Assembly (NCBI GenBank): GCA_963796275.1
Contig: CAWCKY010000007.1
Span: 960,001-1,024,000 of the forward strand
Reading direction: 5' to 3'
DNA: 64,000 bases
Source of the DNA: an uncultured Acidobacteriota bacterium
GTDB lineage: Bacteria; Acidobacteriota; Blastocatellia; RBC074
Shown piece by piece: positions 36,896 through 50,039 of the stretch. A program made the translations under genes and the position numbers. Positions within the stretch are counted from its first letter, which is position 1; the number at the start of each line of letters is the position of its first letter. A model generated the notes under the pieces. It did not search any database. It saw only the letters and a list, made by a program, of their open reading frames with translations, and was not told the origin of the DNA.

Positions 36896-38166
36896 CAGGG
36901 TCTGCCTCCTTTCCCACCGGAGAACATTATTGATGGGTGCGGTTCAATGTAGAAACGGCGGTCTCTCGATATAAGTATGGCGTGCCGTTGCTCGACCAGG
37001 CTGTCGGGGATGTATATCTGGAGTTCGGGAGAGAGCATCGTCGTCGATTGGCTGGCGCTCAACCGGCCGATCACATATTTCTCACCACTATGTATCTCCC
37101 ATTGTTTGTGGCTTTGCTTGTACCTCTTCTGCGTCGCCGGGTCGCTACTGTTGATGAACTCTAGCACTCCCTGACGGGTGAGTATCGGCGCGAGGCTGAT
37201 GAAGGTCGTAATGCCGAGTCCGGCCAGCGCCATCCCAATCGCCTGTGAATTGCTGCCGCCGATGAGATTTGCCAGCATGAGGTAGGCCAGGCCGCCCGTC
37301 ACCCCGCCGGCCATCCCGCCCAGCAAACCATTGAAGACGCGCGAGCGGTTGACCTGCCACCAGCGCAGGCTGATGCCGAATCCGATGAGCGCACCCGTGA
37401 TCAACCAGGAGAGCACATCGGCGATGAACTGGGCGTCGAGCATCGCTTCCCTGATGAACCGTGCGATCCACCCACCGGCCGCACCCGCAACGGCGCCTCC
37501 AACCGCGCCGATCAAGATCCAGAGAGGAACGATTGCGTCTCCGAGCCGACGATCATTGATGCCGACACTCAATCCGCCGATCAAGGCCCCGAGCAGAGTG
37601 AAGGCGATCATATCGTAGTATTCCACATCTACGGCGAGCGGTATCTGTATCAGCGACCAGATGAACCAGCAGATGACTCCGGCCAGCGCGCCGATCAGCG
37701 CCATCTCCCATATCGTTTGCTGAAAGCTGCGCCCCTGCTGTACGCGCTCGATGAAGGTCTTGCTCTGGTCGACCCGGCGCTGCTGATTTTTGATATTGAA
37801 GCGCAGCGTTGTCCGGCCGACGAGGATGTCATCGCCGCTGCGCAACTCAGTTCTCTCGGTTACCTCGTAGAGCTCGCCATCGCGGTTCAATTCGAGCGAT
37901 GGACGTTTGATCGACACCCGAATGACATCATTCGGTCTGACGCCTTGTTCGGGCAAGGTCCGCGAGCCGTTCAGCTCTTTCCCCTCCCACCGGCAGGCGG
38001 GATTTCCCAATCCTTCGCGCCACCCCCTCAGAACAAAGCCATCCCGCTCCTCGAACTCCGCCAGGATATCTCCCAATAGATCATCCAAAACTTCGTTCTC
38101 ATCGATCGTGACCGTGCGATGAATTTCGCCTTCCTGGGTATCGAAATAAATCTGGTATTTTGGCAT
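36895..38166 (-). CDS. Ubiquitin-like (YukD/EsaB-type) + split/permuted FHA + 6-TM Gly-rich membrane protein
   Basis: Ubl end LNGSRTLPEQGVRPNDVIRV; FHA C-half ELRSGDDILVGRTTLRF before the TMs; FHA N-half YVIGR...IYIPDSLVEQRHAIL...FYI after the TMs. Confidence 0.7.
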   Translation of the reverse strand: MPKYQIYFDTQEGEIHRTVTIDENEVLDDLLGDILAEFEERDGFVLRGWREGLGNPACRWEGKELNGSRTLPEQGVRPNDVIRVSIKRPSLELNRDGELYEVTERTELRSGDDILVGRTTLRFNIKNQQRRVDQSKTFIERVQQGRSFQQTIWEMALIGALAGVICWFIWSLIQIPLAVDVEYYDMIAFTLLGALIGGLSVGINDRRLGDAIVPLWILIGAVGGAVAGAAGGWIARFIREAMLDAQFIADVLSWLITGALIGFGISLRWWQVNRSRVFNGLLGGMAGGVTGGLAYLMLANLIGGSNSQAIGMALAGLGITTFISLAPILTRQGVLEFINSSDPATQKRYKQSHKQWEIHSGEKYVIGRLSASQSTTMLSPELQIYIPDSLVEQRHAILISRDRRFYIEPHPSIMFSGGKGGRP

Positions 38167-38264
38167 TTTGAGAATTGGTTGATAGTTGAGACTTGATAAT
38201 AAATAGTAAAAAATCGGTCGTTAGGGCAGCCTCTTACCTTCAATTGCCAACTATCAACTATCAA

Positions 38265-39023
38265 TTACCCTTCTTCCAATATCCGGGCTTGAGACAAGTG
38301 ATAAATTTCCAAAGGTTGAGGCAAGTGAGGGATCACCCAGGCACAACCGATACAACGGCCGTTCTCCATGTCCCAGCAATGAGTGCACATAGCGCGCGGG
38401 CAGTTTCCGCATTTCCGCAGATCCCTCTCGTCAGCTTCGCGGCGGCAGCGAACGCAGCGGCCGACCGATTGCCGACTGCCCAATCGCTGCTCCCACCAAT
38501 CATCTTCTTCGATCGAGAGCAGAGGCATTCGGGTGCTTACGCAGCCGGCGCAACGAAATGAATCATCATTCCAGCAATTCAGGCAAACCGAATTGCCGCA
38601 GCGCGGGCAGTCTTGCTGCGATGAACTCCTCAGTATCCTTCGGCAGAGCTGACAGCGCGACGCGCGACTGCGCAAACGCCAGAGAATCACGGCGCCGCCG
38701 ACAGCCACCCCCAACACGACGGACCAGGTCTCTATCATTCCCGAGTCACCCGCGCTGATCGGCACTGAGTTGCCCGACAGCCGCATATATCTGCTCAGGA
38801 TGCCCCCTGTCGCGATCCCGATTCCCGCGGCGCAAACAGGAAGATAGAGGTCCAGCGACGAGTAGCCCGTAGTGCCGCGCAGCCCCCACAACCCATACGC
38901 CAGCAATCCCATCAAACCTCCGCACACAAGGATCGCCCCACCGTTCGTCGTCAATCCGACTACGAACTGGATCACTCCGATAACTAATGACGCGATGATT
39001 GTGAGTAGAATCCGCGATCCCAT
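38265..39023 (-). CDS. 4-TM membrane protein with two tandem C8 zinc fingers
   Basis: Two CxxC-x11-CxxC-x4-CxxC-x7-CxxC units with identical spacing. Confidence 0.8.
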   Translation of the reverse strand: MGSRILLTIIASLVIGVIQFVVGLTTNGGAILVCGGLMGLLAYGLWGLRGTTGYSSLDLYLPVCAAGIGIATGGILSRYMRLSGNSVPISAGDSGMIETWSVVLGVAVGGAVILWRLRSRASRCQLCRRILRSSSQQDCPRCGNSVCLNCWNDDSFRCAGCVSTRMPLLSIEEDDWWEQRLGSRQSVGRCVRCRREADERDLRKCGNCPRAMCTHCWDMENGRCIGCAWVIPHLPQPLEIYHLSQARILEEG

Positions 39024-39164
39024 ACTGAGAATTTAACGCAAAGACAAGGCTTGAGGGAAGAGGCCCGGAGTCCGGGTCTGTGTTCTCGCGCGGGTCTTAT
39101 TTAATCGCAGAAGGTCAGAAACAGTCGTGGATCAAGAACACAGATTCCGGAATCCGGCATTTTC

Positions 39165-40442
<1,278 letters not shown>

Positions 40443-40540
40443 TTATTTACCTCGTTGTTGGATGGTTGCCGGTAATCGGGAGCCGGTGACCCTTTGCCGG
40501 TAACTATCTCGGTATGCCAGCCGTATACCGGCTACCGACT

Positions 40541-41692
40541 TTAACTCAATCCTGCTTCCTGGCGCAGACGCTCGGCACGATTGGTTTGCTCCCAGGTGAA
40601 CCCTTCTTCATTGCGTCCGAAATGCCCGAAGGCGGCGGTACGCCTGTAGATCGGGCGGCGCAGATCGAGCGATTCGATGATTCCCTTAGGCGTGAGTTGA
40701 AAATTGGCGCGGATCAGATCCGAGAGCTTCTCTTCGTCGATCTTCGATGTTCCGCCGCAATCGACGTAAACGGAGACCGGCTCGGCGATCCCGATGGCAT
40801 AGGCAAGCTGCACCTGACAAAGATCGGCGATGCCGGCAGCCACGACGTTTTTGGCGATGTATCGCGCCATATAGCACGCCGAACGGTCCACTTTCGTCGG
40901 ATCTTTACCGGAGAACGCGCCGCCTCCGTGGGGAGCCGCTCCGCCGTACGTATCGACTATGATCTTGCGCCCGGTCAAACCCGTGTCGCCTTGCGGTCCG
41001 CCCACCACGAAACGCCCGGTCGGATTGACATAGAATTTGGTGTTCTCCAGAAATTGAGCGGGGACCGTCGGCTTGATGACGAGGTCGATGATATCTTCAC
41101 GAATTTGATCGGCGCCGACCTCCGGACCATGCTGGGTCGAGATGACAACTGCATCGACTCGCACCGGTTTCCCATTCTCGTATTCGACGGTCACCTGTGA
41201 TTTCCCGTCGGGTCGAAGATAGGTCAGCTTCTGATCGCGCCGTACTCTGCTCAGCCGGTGAACGAGTTGATGCGCGAGCTGTATCGGCAGCGGCATCAAC
41301 TCAGGCGTCTCATTACAGGCGTAGCCGAACATGAGGCCCTGGTCACCCGCTCCTCCCGTATCGACGCCCATGGCGATATCAGGTGATTGCGTGTTGATCG
41401 CGGATATTACCGAGCAGGTCTCCGCATCGAACCCGAATTTAGCCCTCGTGTATCCGATCTCCTTCACCGTTTCGCGAGCGACTCGTGAATAGTCGATCTG
41501 CGCTTTGGTCGTGATCTCTCCGCCGACGATGATGAGGCCGGTCATTGCCATCGTTTCGCAGGCAACCCTTCCCGTCGGGTCTTGCCGCATTACCTCGTCG
41601 AGAATCGCATCTGAAACCTGATCGCATATCTTATCCGGATGTCCTTCCGTCACGGATTCAGAGGTGAACAGGAACTTACCATGTTGTTTCAC
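40541..41692 (-). CDS. metK: S-adenosylmethionine synthetase
   Basis: [35 protein letters not shown]. Confidence 0.98.
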   Translation of the reverse strand: MKQHGKFLFTSESVTEGHPDKICDQVSDAILDEVMRQDPTGRVACETMAMTGLIIVGGEITTKAQIDYSRVARETVKEIGYTRAKFGFDAETCSVISAINTQSPDIAMGVDTGGAGDQGLMFGYACNETPELMPLPIQLAHQLVHRLSRVRRDQKLTYLRPDGKSQVTVEYENGKPVRVDAVVISTQHGPEVGADQIREDIIDLVIKPTVPAQFLENTKFYVNPTGRFVVGGPQGDTGLTGRKIIVDTYGGAAPHGGGAFSGKDPTKVDRSACYMARYIAKNVVAAGIADLCQVQLAYAIGIAEPVSVYVDCGGTSKIDEEKLSDLIRANFQLTPKGIIESLDLRRPIYRRTAAFGHFGRNEEGFTWEQTNRAERLRQEAGLS

Positions 41693-41933
41693 TTAGCCCT
41701 CCTTGGCTCATATGATTGCACGTAGATGATAGGCATCAAAGCGGGAAAGAATGTCATCACTTTATACCAGAGTCAAGCAAAGTAAGATTTGAATTTCGTC
41801 AGAATTCTCACATACAGGGCTCTGATAATAAACGCGGCGGCGCAGTGAAACCGATTTTATAGATTACACCTTGGTTTTGCCGACTCGCACGTTTATTATT
41901 TGGCCGCGTTATCATCACTGTACGGAGGAAGAA

Positions 41934-43884
41934 ATGTCGCAACCTGACATCAATTCATTACTCAGAGAAGAACGCGCCTTCGCGCCACCAGCTTCATTCT
42001 CCGCCGCCGCTCATATCAAGAGCCGCGCGGATTACGATCGAGTTTACCAACGTTCCATAGAAGATACCGGATGGATTTTGGTCTGAGATAGCGAGTGATC
42101 TGCACTGGTTCAAAAAATGGGACAAAGTATTGGAATGGAATGAACCGTTTTCCAAATGGTTCACGGGCGGACGAATCAACATCTCGTACAATTGCCTGGA
42201 CCGCCATCTCTCGAGCTGGCGCAAGAACAAAGCTGCCATCATCTGGGAAGGGGAGCCCGGTGATACGCGGACGCTGACCTATCAACAGCTGCATAGCGAG
42301 GTCTGCCGGTTCGCAAATGTGCTCAAATCGCTTGGAATACAGCAGGGTGACCGTGTTGCGATCTATATGCCGATGATACCGGAATTGCCGGTCGCGATGC
42401 TGGCCTGCGCGCGCATAGGTGCGGCTCACTCGGTGATTTTCGGGGGATTTTCCGCGGAAGCGCTGAAAGACAGGATTAATGACGCACAGGCCAAGGCCGT
42501 CGTCACGGCGGATGGAGGGTTTCGTCGCGGCGGGGTAGTGCAACTGAAACCGGCCGTCGACGAAGCGCTCAATTCCTGCCCGAGCGTGACTCAGGTCGTC
42601 GTAGTGCAGCGTTGTAAAAACGAGATAGCGATGAAGGAGGGACGCGACCACTGGTATCACAAGTTGATGGAGAACGCTTCGGATAAATGCGATGCCGAAC
42701 CGTTGGATTCCGAACATCTGCTCTATACCCTCTATACCTCGGGGACGACCGGTAAACCCAAAGGGATCGTCCACACCACTGGCGGTTACTCAGTTCAGAC
42801 TTACATTACCACGAAGTGGGTCTTCGATCTGCACGACGACGACACGTACTGGTGCACGGCGGACATCGGCTGGGTTACCGGCCACAGCTACATTGTTTAC
42901 GGACCACTGCAGAACGGCGCGACGACGGTTATGTACGAAGGGGCTCCAAACAGCCCCGACTTCGGCCGCTTCTGGTCGATCGTCGAACGCCATAAGGTCA
43001 ATATCTTATACACGGCTCCGACAGCAATCCGCACATTCGTTAAGTGGGGCGAGGAGTGGCCGCTGAAATACGATCTTTCTTCACTGCGATTGCTCGGCAC
43101 CGTGGGAGAACCGATCAATCCGGAGGCGTGGATCTGGTACCACAGGGTGATCGGGAAAGAGCGCTGCCCGATAGTCGATACGTGGTGGCAGACCGAGACC
43201 GGCGCAATTATGATCGCACCGATTCCGGGCGCGGTCACGACCAAACCCGGATCTGCGACATTTCCCTTCCCCGGCATAGTCCCCGATATTCAGACGAGAG
43301 ACGGAAAGTCTGTCGGACCTAATCAGGGCGGTTATCTGGTGATCACCAGACCCTGGCCGGGAATGCTGAGAACGATCTACGGCGACCCGGAGCGCTATAA
43401 AAAACAGTACTGGACCGACATTCCCGGGCGCTATTTCACGGGGGACGGCGCACGGCGCGATGAGGAAGGATATTACTGGCTGATGGGCCGCGTCGACGAT
43501 GTCATCAATGTGAGCGGTCACCGGCTAGGAACGATGGAGATCGAAAGCGCACTCGTATCGCACCCGATGGTAGCTGAAGCGGCCGTCGTGGGGCGTCCCG
43601 ATGAGCTCAAAGGTCAGGCCGTTTCGGCATTCGTGACCCTCGAGTCGGGCCATAATCCCACCGCCGAGTTAAAAGATGAGTTGCGGCGGCATGTGCAGAA
43701 GGAGATAGGCGCGATGGCTAAACCGGATGATATCCGCTTCACGGACGCGCTGCCGAAGACGCGTTCCGGGAAGATCATGCGCCGTCTCCTGCGTGACATA
43801 GCTTCCGGCGCGCAAACCGTGGGCGACACGACGACTCTGGAAGACTATACGGTGCTCGCCAAACTACGTGATGAAGAGGAGTAA
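41934..43884 (+). CDS. acs: Acetyl-CoA synthetase (+1 frameshift near 42066)
   Basis: [14 protein letters not shown]...SIEDPDGFWSE after removing one A; [32 protein letters not shown]. Confidence 0.93.
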
Positions 43885-43962
43885 TCCGAGAAGCGAAAGG
43901 CGGAAGGTGGCAAACAATATTTGCTGCTTTCTCCTTTTGCTTCCTTATCGAAAGAAAATCCT

Positions 43963-44472
43963 ATGTATACGAGAATCGCATTTTTATTACTGATTTTATG
44001 TTCGGCCTCAATTGCGCAGGATGTTCCGCCGATCAGAAATTTTTTGCAGGTCAATGAACAATTCTGCACGGGCGGTCAACCTCGTCCTGAACATCTGACC
44101 AAACTCAAGGCCGATGGGGTAAAGGCGATTATCAATCTGAGGCAGCCCAGCGAACACAGGGCTGAAGAAGAAGAGGCTGAGGCGAAAAAAGTCGGATTGA
44201 AGTATTTCAATATCCCGGTCGTCTTCGGGAGCCCGAAAACCGAGCAGGTCGACGAGTTTCTCAAGATTACGGATGATCCGGCGAATCGGCCCGCTTTTAT
44301 TCATTGCACGGCGGCGATCCGAGTGGGTGCATTCTGGATGATCCGCCGCGTCCTGCGCGACGGCTGGACCTTTGAAAAAGCCGAAGAAGAGGCGAAGAAA
44401 ATTGGTCTGGTCAATGCTCCACACCTTAACGAATTCGCGCGCACCTACGTCGATCAGCACAAAAAGAAGTGA
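43963..44472 (+). CDS. Exported DUF442/PTP-like (Cx4R) protein
   Basis: Signal peptide; GGQP, INLR, FIHCTAAIRVG. Confidence 0.75.
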   Translation: MYTRIAFLLLILCSASIAQDVPPIRNFLQVNEQFCTGGQPRPEHLTKLKADGVKAIINLRQPSEHRAEEEEAEAKKVGLKYFNIPVVFGSPKTEQVDEFLKITDDPANRPAFIHCTAAIRVGAFWMIRRVLRDGWTFEKAEEEAKKIGLVNAPHLNEFARTYVDQHKKK

Positions 44473-44654
44473 ATCAGCCGGCGATGGGTAGGAGGGGTGT
44501 AACTTCCTACCCACCCTCTTTGATTTTTCTTCCCTCTCCTCGATGCCGCGTTTGACAACATACTGATGCCACCGTATAGTGTGCATTCGTAATTAAACAA
44601 CGCAATAAATTGTGGTTACCCGGTGATCCCCCCCTAGATTACCAAGTATTTTAA

Positions 44655-47600
44655 ATGCTCAGAATCGAGAAACTCTTTCTTCAAGGATTTAAGTCTTTCT
44701 GTGATCCTACCGAGGTCATATTCGATAACGAAGGCATTACCGCGGTGGTCGGCCCCAATGGATGCGGTAAGTCGAATGTCGCGGATGGGCTGAGTTGGGT
44801 GATCGGCGAACAGCGCGCGAAGGCGCTGCGCGGCGGTAAGATGGAAGATGTGATCTTCCAGGGCAGCCGAAACCGCCAACCCTCCGGACTGGCCGAGGTC
44901 ATTCTGACTCTCGTCGTTCACCAGTCCTTTGAGATTCAGGGGGAAGCCAGCCAGCCTGAAACAGAGGCGCTGAGGCAGGCAGAAGAATCGCTCGAACAGG
45001 CTGATGCTGCGATTGAAGCATCAACCGCGGTAGTTGAAGGCGCCGGTGATATCACACCGCTCGAAGGCGCCGCCGTTCCGGAAGGAGCGGGAGCAGAGCA
45101 ATCCGAGAAACAAGCCAATCCGCAATCTACCCAGGCGGCCAAGAAGCGCCGCAGACACGCGATCCCGGGAACCACCAGGGTTTTTCACGAAGGCGAGCGC
45201 ATAACCATTGGCCGCAGGCTGTACCGCACCGGAGAGAGCGAGTATGAGATGGACGGGCGCGCCTGTCGCCTGCGTGACATTCAGGACCTGTTCGCGGGAA
45301 CCGGCCTGGGCGGCGCGCATTACGCGATCATCGAGCAGGGACGGATCGGCCAGGTGCTCTCGGCCAAACCGATGGACCGCAGGGCGCTGATCGAAGAAGC
45401 GGCGGGCATTTCGAAGTTCAAGATGCGCCAGCACACGGCCGAAGTTAAACTCGACGCGTCCAAACAGAATCTCTCGCGCGTCTCCGATATCCTGGCGGAG
45501 ATCGAACGCCAGCAGAATAGCCTCAAACGCCAGGCCGCCCGCGCGCGTCGCTACCAGCGATTGAAACAGGAGTCGCGCGACCTGATGCGCGCCGTCTATC
45601 TTCTGGATTACCGCGCGACCAGGACTACGCTCTCAGACCTGGAATCAACGCTAGGCCAGATATCGACGCGCGAGTCCGATGTAGCCGCATCGATAGCAAC
45701 GCTCGAGGAGGATCATAGTAAGGCGGCGCAGGATGCCCGAGCTACCGAAAGCGCCTTGAACGATACCAGGCAGATTTCCACAAAGACTGACCTGGAGACC
45801 GATCGCGCACGCCAGCAACACACCTATCTAAGCGAGCAATTACATGCGCTCGGCCGCCGGTCCGCGCAGTTTGCACAGGATCAGTCATCGATCACCGAGA
45901 GGCGGCATTTGATCGAGCAGGAGACGGCGCGACTTCGAGAGGAGCAGCACAGGCTCGAATCTGAGATCAATAGTGAGAGCAAGACGCTCGCCGACGCCGA
46001 GGACGAATATCGGCTCAGGCTGGAGAAGGATGCCGAATCGGAGGGCCGGCTCGAGGTGGCGCGGAAGAAGGTTTATGAGAGCGTTACCCATCTCGAACGA
46101 TGGCGACAGCTCAAGCGACAATTTACAGACTCGGTCGATCGCAGCCAATCCAGATTGGCCGGATTGAGCTCAGAGGGCCAGCGTGCGATGGCGCAAGCGC
46201 TCGCCGCCCGGGAACAACACGCCGGACAAACCGAGGAACTGGAGGAGACGACACACAGGCAAGGGCGAATTAACGCCGAACTCTCAGAGGTTACGGACGG
46301 CCTCGCAGAATTGCGCCAGACCCGCGATGAGCGCGAACAAAAGTTGTCCGCGCTTCAGCACGACCTCACCGCTACTGAGCACCGCCTGATGTCTCTTAAC
46401 GAACTGGACCAGAGACACGCCTATTTTTCAGAGGCCGTTCAGGCGTTGATGAATCTGCCCAACTTGCCCCATTCGTCATTAAATGGATTTAAGACGCTCG
46501 GGACACTAGCCGATTTCGTGCAAGTCGCCCCTGAGCACGAGACGATGATCGAGACGGCAATGCGCGACGAACTCCAGTACGTCGTCGTGCCGACATTCGA
46601 TGATGCATTGGGAGCCATTGATTTTCTTAAATCTGAAGGCGCGGGAAGAGCCACTTTCCTCGTTCTTGGGCTCCATGGCAGTGAGCCTATTGAGTTTACT
46701 CAAAATGGCGATGGTCACACATTCCGTTATCAGACGCTGGGAGCGGCACTTGGGCTTCGAACGGAGTTTGCCGATGCGTTCAGGCTGGCGTTGCCTGGGT
46801 TAGCGGGTGCGCGGATAGTCGAGGATGCGGCATTAGCGATTGACGCTTCCATCGTTACTAACGGAGGCAACGGGGGCAACGGTGTAAATTTAAGCAATGG
46901 GTTTAGTTTGGATGATAGTGATGGTCGTGATGATCGTGACGATAAGAAGGATTGGAGCAATGATGGACCCCGGGGTCATGGGGGTAATGGTGATAATAAT
47001 GGGGGCAACGGCGCCGGATGGCCGGTGAGTAATATTGCGCTCACTCTTTCGGGTGAGCGTGTCGTTGCGGGGCGGCTAATTACAGGCGGGAGCGTATCGG
47101 AGAAAGGTGTAGGGGTGCTGGCGCTCAAGCGCGAGATTGGGGAATTGTCCGATCGTCTTGAATCGCTGGCGGCCGATCGGGCTGCAGCCGAGGCGGCATT
47201 AACTTCGGTGAAATCCCAGATCGTCGAGTTCGAGGAAAACGAGCGGCAGTTGAATGAAGAGGGGCGCCGCATCGACAAAAGGATCGCAGTCCTCCGGGAA
47301 CAATTGCAGCAATGCGATCGTGAGATCGAGCGGACTTCGACTCACATTCGTGTAGTCGAGGGGGAGACGCTGCAGGCTGAAGAAGAGTTGCTGGAATCCG
47401 AAACGAAGCTGCAACAGGCAGCCTCCCAGACCGATGAAGCCGAGCAGTCGCGAGCCGATGCTGAAAAGGTCGTCGAAGTCGCTCAGGCGGAGATCGCTGA
47501 ACTTCGCCGGGATGCCGAGCAACGCTTACAGGAACTATCGCGGCGCCGCGCTGAATTTGCCGCGAAAACCGAGCGCCGTAGAGGCGTCCAGAACGACATC

Positions 47601-48753
47601 CGCAGGCTCGAGTCCGAGGCGAACGATCTGGAAAATCGATTGGCGCGTTCGCGCATGGAGGCCGTCGAGGCTGACGATCAAACGAACGCGATACAGTCGT
47701 CTATTCACAACATGGCCGAGCAGATGCAGAAGCTGATGGCTGATCAGCAGCTCCAGGCCGCAGAGCTGGAACAGCGCGGCGCGGCTTTGGCCGCGGCTCG
47801 CGAAAGCCTCGAATCGATCGATCTCGCCTTGCGCTCCGCCCGCGAGGCTGCAACTCAATCCCGCGAGGAGCGCGCGCAGAGGGAGATCGAGATGACTCGC
47901 TTGTCCAGCAATCTCGAGCACCTCATGCATTCCTGCCAGATGGAATTGGGCGAGAATATCGCCGAGGTATCTGAACGACTGGAAGCAGGTACTGACGAGC
48001 AGATGCCCGAGACGGCTCAATTCCCTGCCGGCGATGCAGATCAGGAAGACCAGGAAGATGTGGGAGAGATATCGGTCTCTTTCTGGAACGTTCCGGAAGA
48101 CTTCAACCTCGAGGAAGCAAAGGCGCGGCTTGATGAGTTGCGTTCAAAGATCGATGGACTGGGACCAGTCAATATGATGGCTCTCGAGGAACTGACTGAG
48201 GTCGAAGAGCGCTACCTTTTCCTCATCACACAAAAAGAGGACATAGAGAAAGCGATTTCCGACACACAAGCTGCCATTGCGGAGATCAAACGCCGGTCGC
48301 GGGAAAAATTTGTGGAGGCCTTCCACGCGATCAATGAGTACTTCAAACGAATGTTTGAGGAACTATTCGGCGGCGGGCATGGCGAGATGCGACTGATCGA
48401 CGAGACCGATGTCCTCGAAAGCGGGATCGAGATAATCGCGCAGCCGCCCGGGAAGCGGCTGCAGAATGTCCTTCTGCTATCCGGCGGAGAAAAAGCGATG
48501 GCCGCGCTCTCACTGGTGATGGCGATTTTCAAGTATCGCCCTAGCCCGTTCTGCCTGCTCGATGAGGTCGATGCGCCACTCGATGACATGAATATTGGGC
48601 GGTTCGCCGACAAGATACTCGAGATGAGCACAAATACTCAGTTTATGGTCATCACCCACAGCAAGAGGACTATGGAAGCGGCGAAGGTTCTTTATGGCGT
48701 AACGATGGAAGATACCTGGTGTGTCAAAACTGATATCGGTAAAGTTGACTTGA
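44655..48753 (+). CDS. smc: Chromosome segregation protein SMC (+1 error near 48714)
   Basis: GPNGCGKSN, hinge GRATF, LSGGEK, LLDEVDAPLD; corrected C-terminus MEDPGVSKLISVKLT*. Confidence 0.95.
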
Positions 48754-50020
48754 GGTCGATCTTGTTTGAGAAGGAAGATCGATCTTCTACCACGTTCTCC
48801 AGAATCAGGACCTTGTACAGCAGCCTGCCGAATTCCTTAGCGACGATCGAACGCAGGTGAACGCCGCGCAGCAGCTCGGCTCCCGGTTTCGCCGGTATAC
48901 GGCCGATCAGATGCTTCCGATACCTGAGCCGGACGCTCTCCGGCCGATTCTCGTCGAGTAATCTTTCAGCAGCCTCCAACCCATCGTATAGGTCTATTTC
49001 AACTTCGCCCCTTCCCGCATTCGCCTTTGTCGATCCGCGCGCCTGAAATCCACTCAACTCCTGTTTCGTCTTCAATTCGCTGGCCACACCGACCCAATAA
49101 AAATAATCGAGCACGATGTCTACCAACGATCGCCAGCGATATCGCCGGCGCGCCAGTTTTAGCAATCTCAGATGCAGACGGAGGATGAAGACGATGGTAC
49201 GGGCGGCTCTGGGGCTCTGGAATACTAAGGGCCGCAGGATGCGCGTCAGATTTGAGAAAGGCAGGTTGTAATGGATCAAGGGGAGTGCGGGGATAATTTC
49301 GGGGTGGCGGATGCCGAGCAGGACGTCCCCTCTTCCCTCGTCCTGTTTACGCCTGAATGAGCCATTGAGGTCACGGCATTCGTAATGGTCGGCCATAGCA
49401 TCGGCGGCGAATATTAACTCGGCGCCCGCTTTGATGAGGCGCACGCCCAATTCGTAATCTTCATGCGCGTGGCTTGCGGAGAATCCTGTGTCAAATCCGC
49501 CGGTGCTTGCAAAGAGTTCGGCCCGGATTGAGAAGTTGCCGCTCAGAAAGTCGCGAAATGTGAAGCGATGGCCCTGTTCGCACATACGATAGAACATGCC
49601 CATCCACCATCTCCGCAGCTCTATCCAATATAAATCAGTGTGATCAGGGATAACCGGACGTGAGTATCCAACCACAACTCGATCCGGTTTCTGAAGACGC
49701 TCGTGAGCTCTTATGAAACCGGGCGCGGGCACGATATCGTCATCGATGAAGATGAGCAGTCGGCCTTCAGCTCCGGCTGCTCCAAAGTTGCGTGCGTCGG
49801 CCGCCCCCCTCCCAGGCACCTCAAAAACTTTCATCTTGAATGGAGCTGTGTAGTCCTGAGCCATAGCGATGGTATCATCGATACAACGGTCAGCCGCTAC
49901 AATAACTTCCAGCTGATGCATCGGATAGTCTTGAGAGCATAAGGCGTCGAGCGTGCGCTTCAAGGCATCGCTCCGGTTATGGGTGGGAATGATGATGCTG
50001 ATTTTTGGACTGTGTGTCAT
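48692..50020 (-). CDS. Glycosyltransferase family 2
   Basis: ISIIIPTHNR, ARNFG, FIDDD, GGFD, EDYELG; 3' end overlaps smc. Confidence 0.9.
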   Translation of the reverse strand: MTHSPKISIIIPTHNRSDALKRTLDALCSQDYPMHQLEVIVAADRCIDDTIAMAQDYTAPFKMKVFEVPGRGAADARNFGAAGAEGRLLIFIDDDIVPAPGFIRAHERLQKPDRVVVGYSRPVIPDHTDLYWIELRRWWMGMFYRMCEQGHRFTFRDFLSGNFSIRAELFASTGGFDTGFSASHAHEDYELGVRLIKAGAELIFAADAMADHYECRDLNGSFRRKQDEGRGDVLLGIRHPEIIPALPLIHYNLPFSNLTRILRPLVFQSPRAARTIVFILRLHLRLLKLARRRYRWRSLVDIVLDYFYWVGVASELKTKQELSGFQARGSTKANAGRGEVEIDLYDGLEAAERLLDENRPESVRLRYRKHLIGRIPAKPGAELLRGVHLRSIVAKEFGRLLYKVLILENVVEDRSSFSNKIDLKSTLPISVLTHQVSSIVTP

Positions 50021-50039
50021 AAGAATATAGAGGAAATCG

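Noticed and set aside
41693-41933. SAM or SAH riboswitch upstream of metK/ahcY
   Set aside because: No SAM-I/II or SAH consensus recognisable by eye; an Rfam scan would be needed
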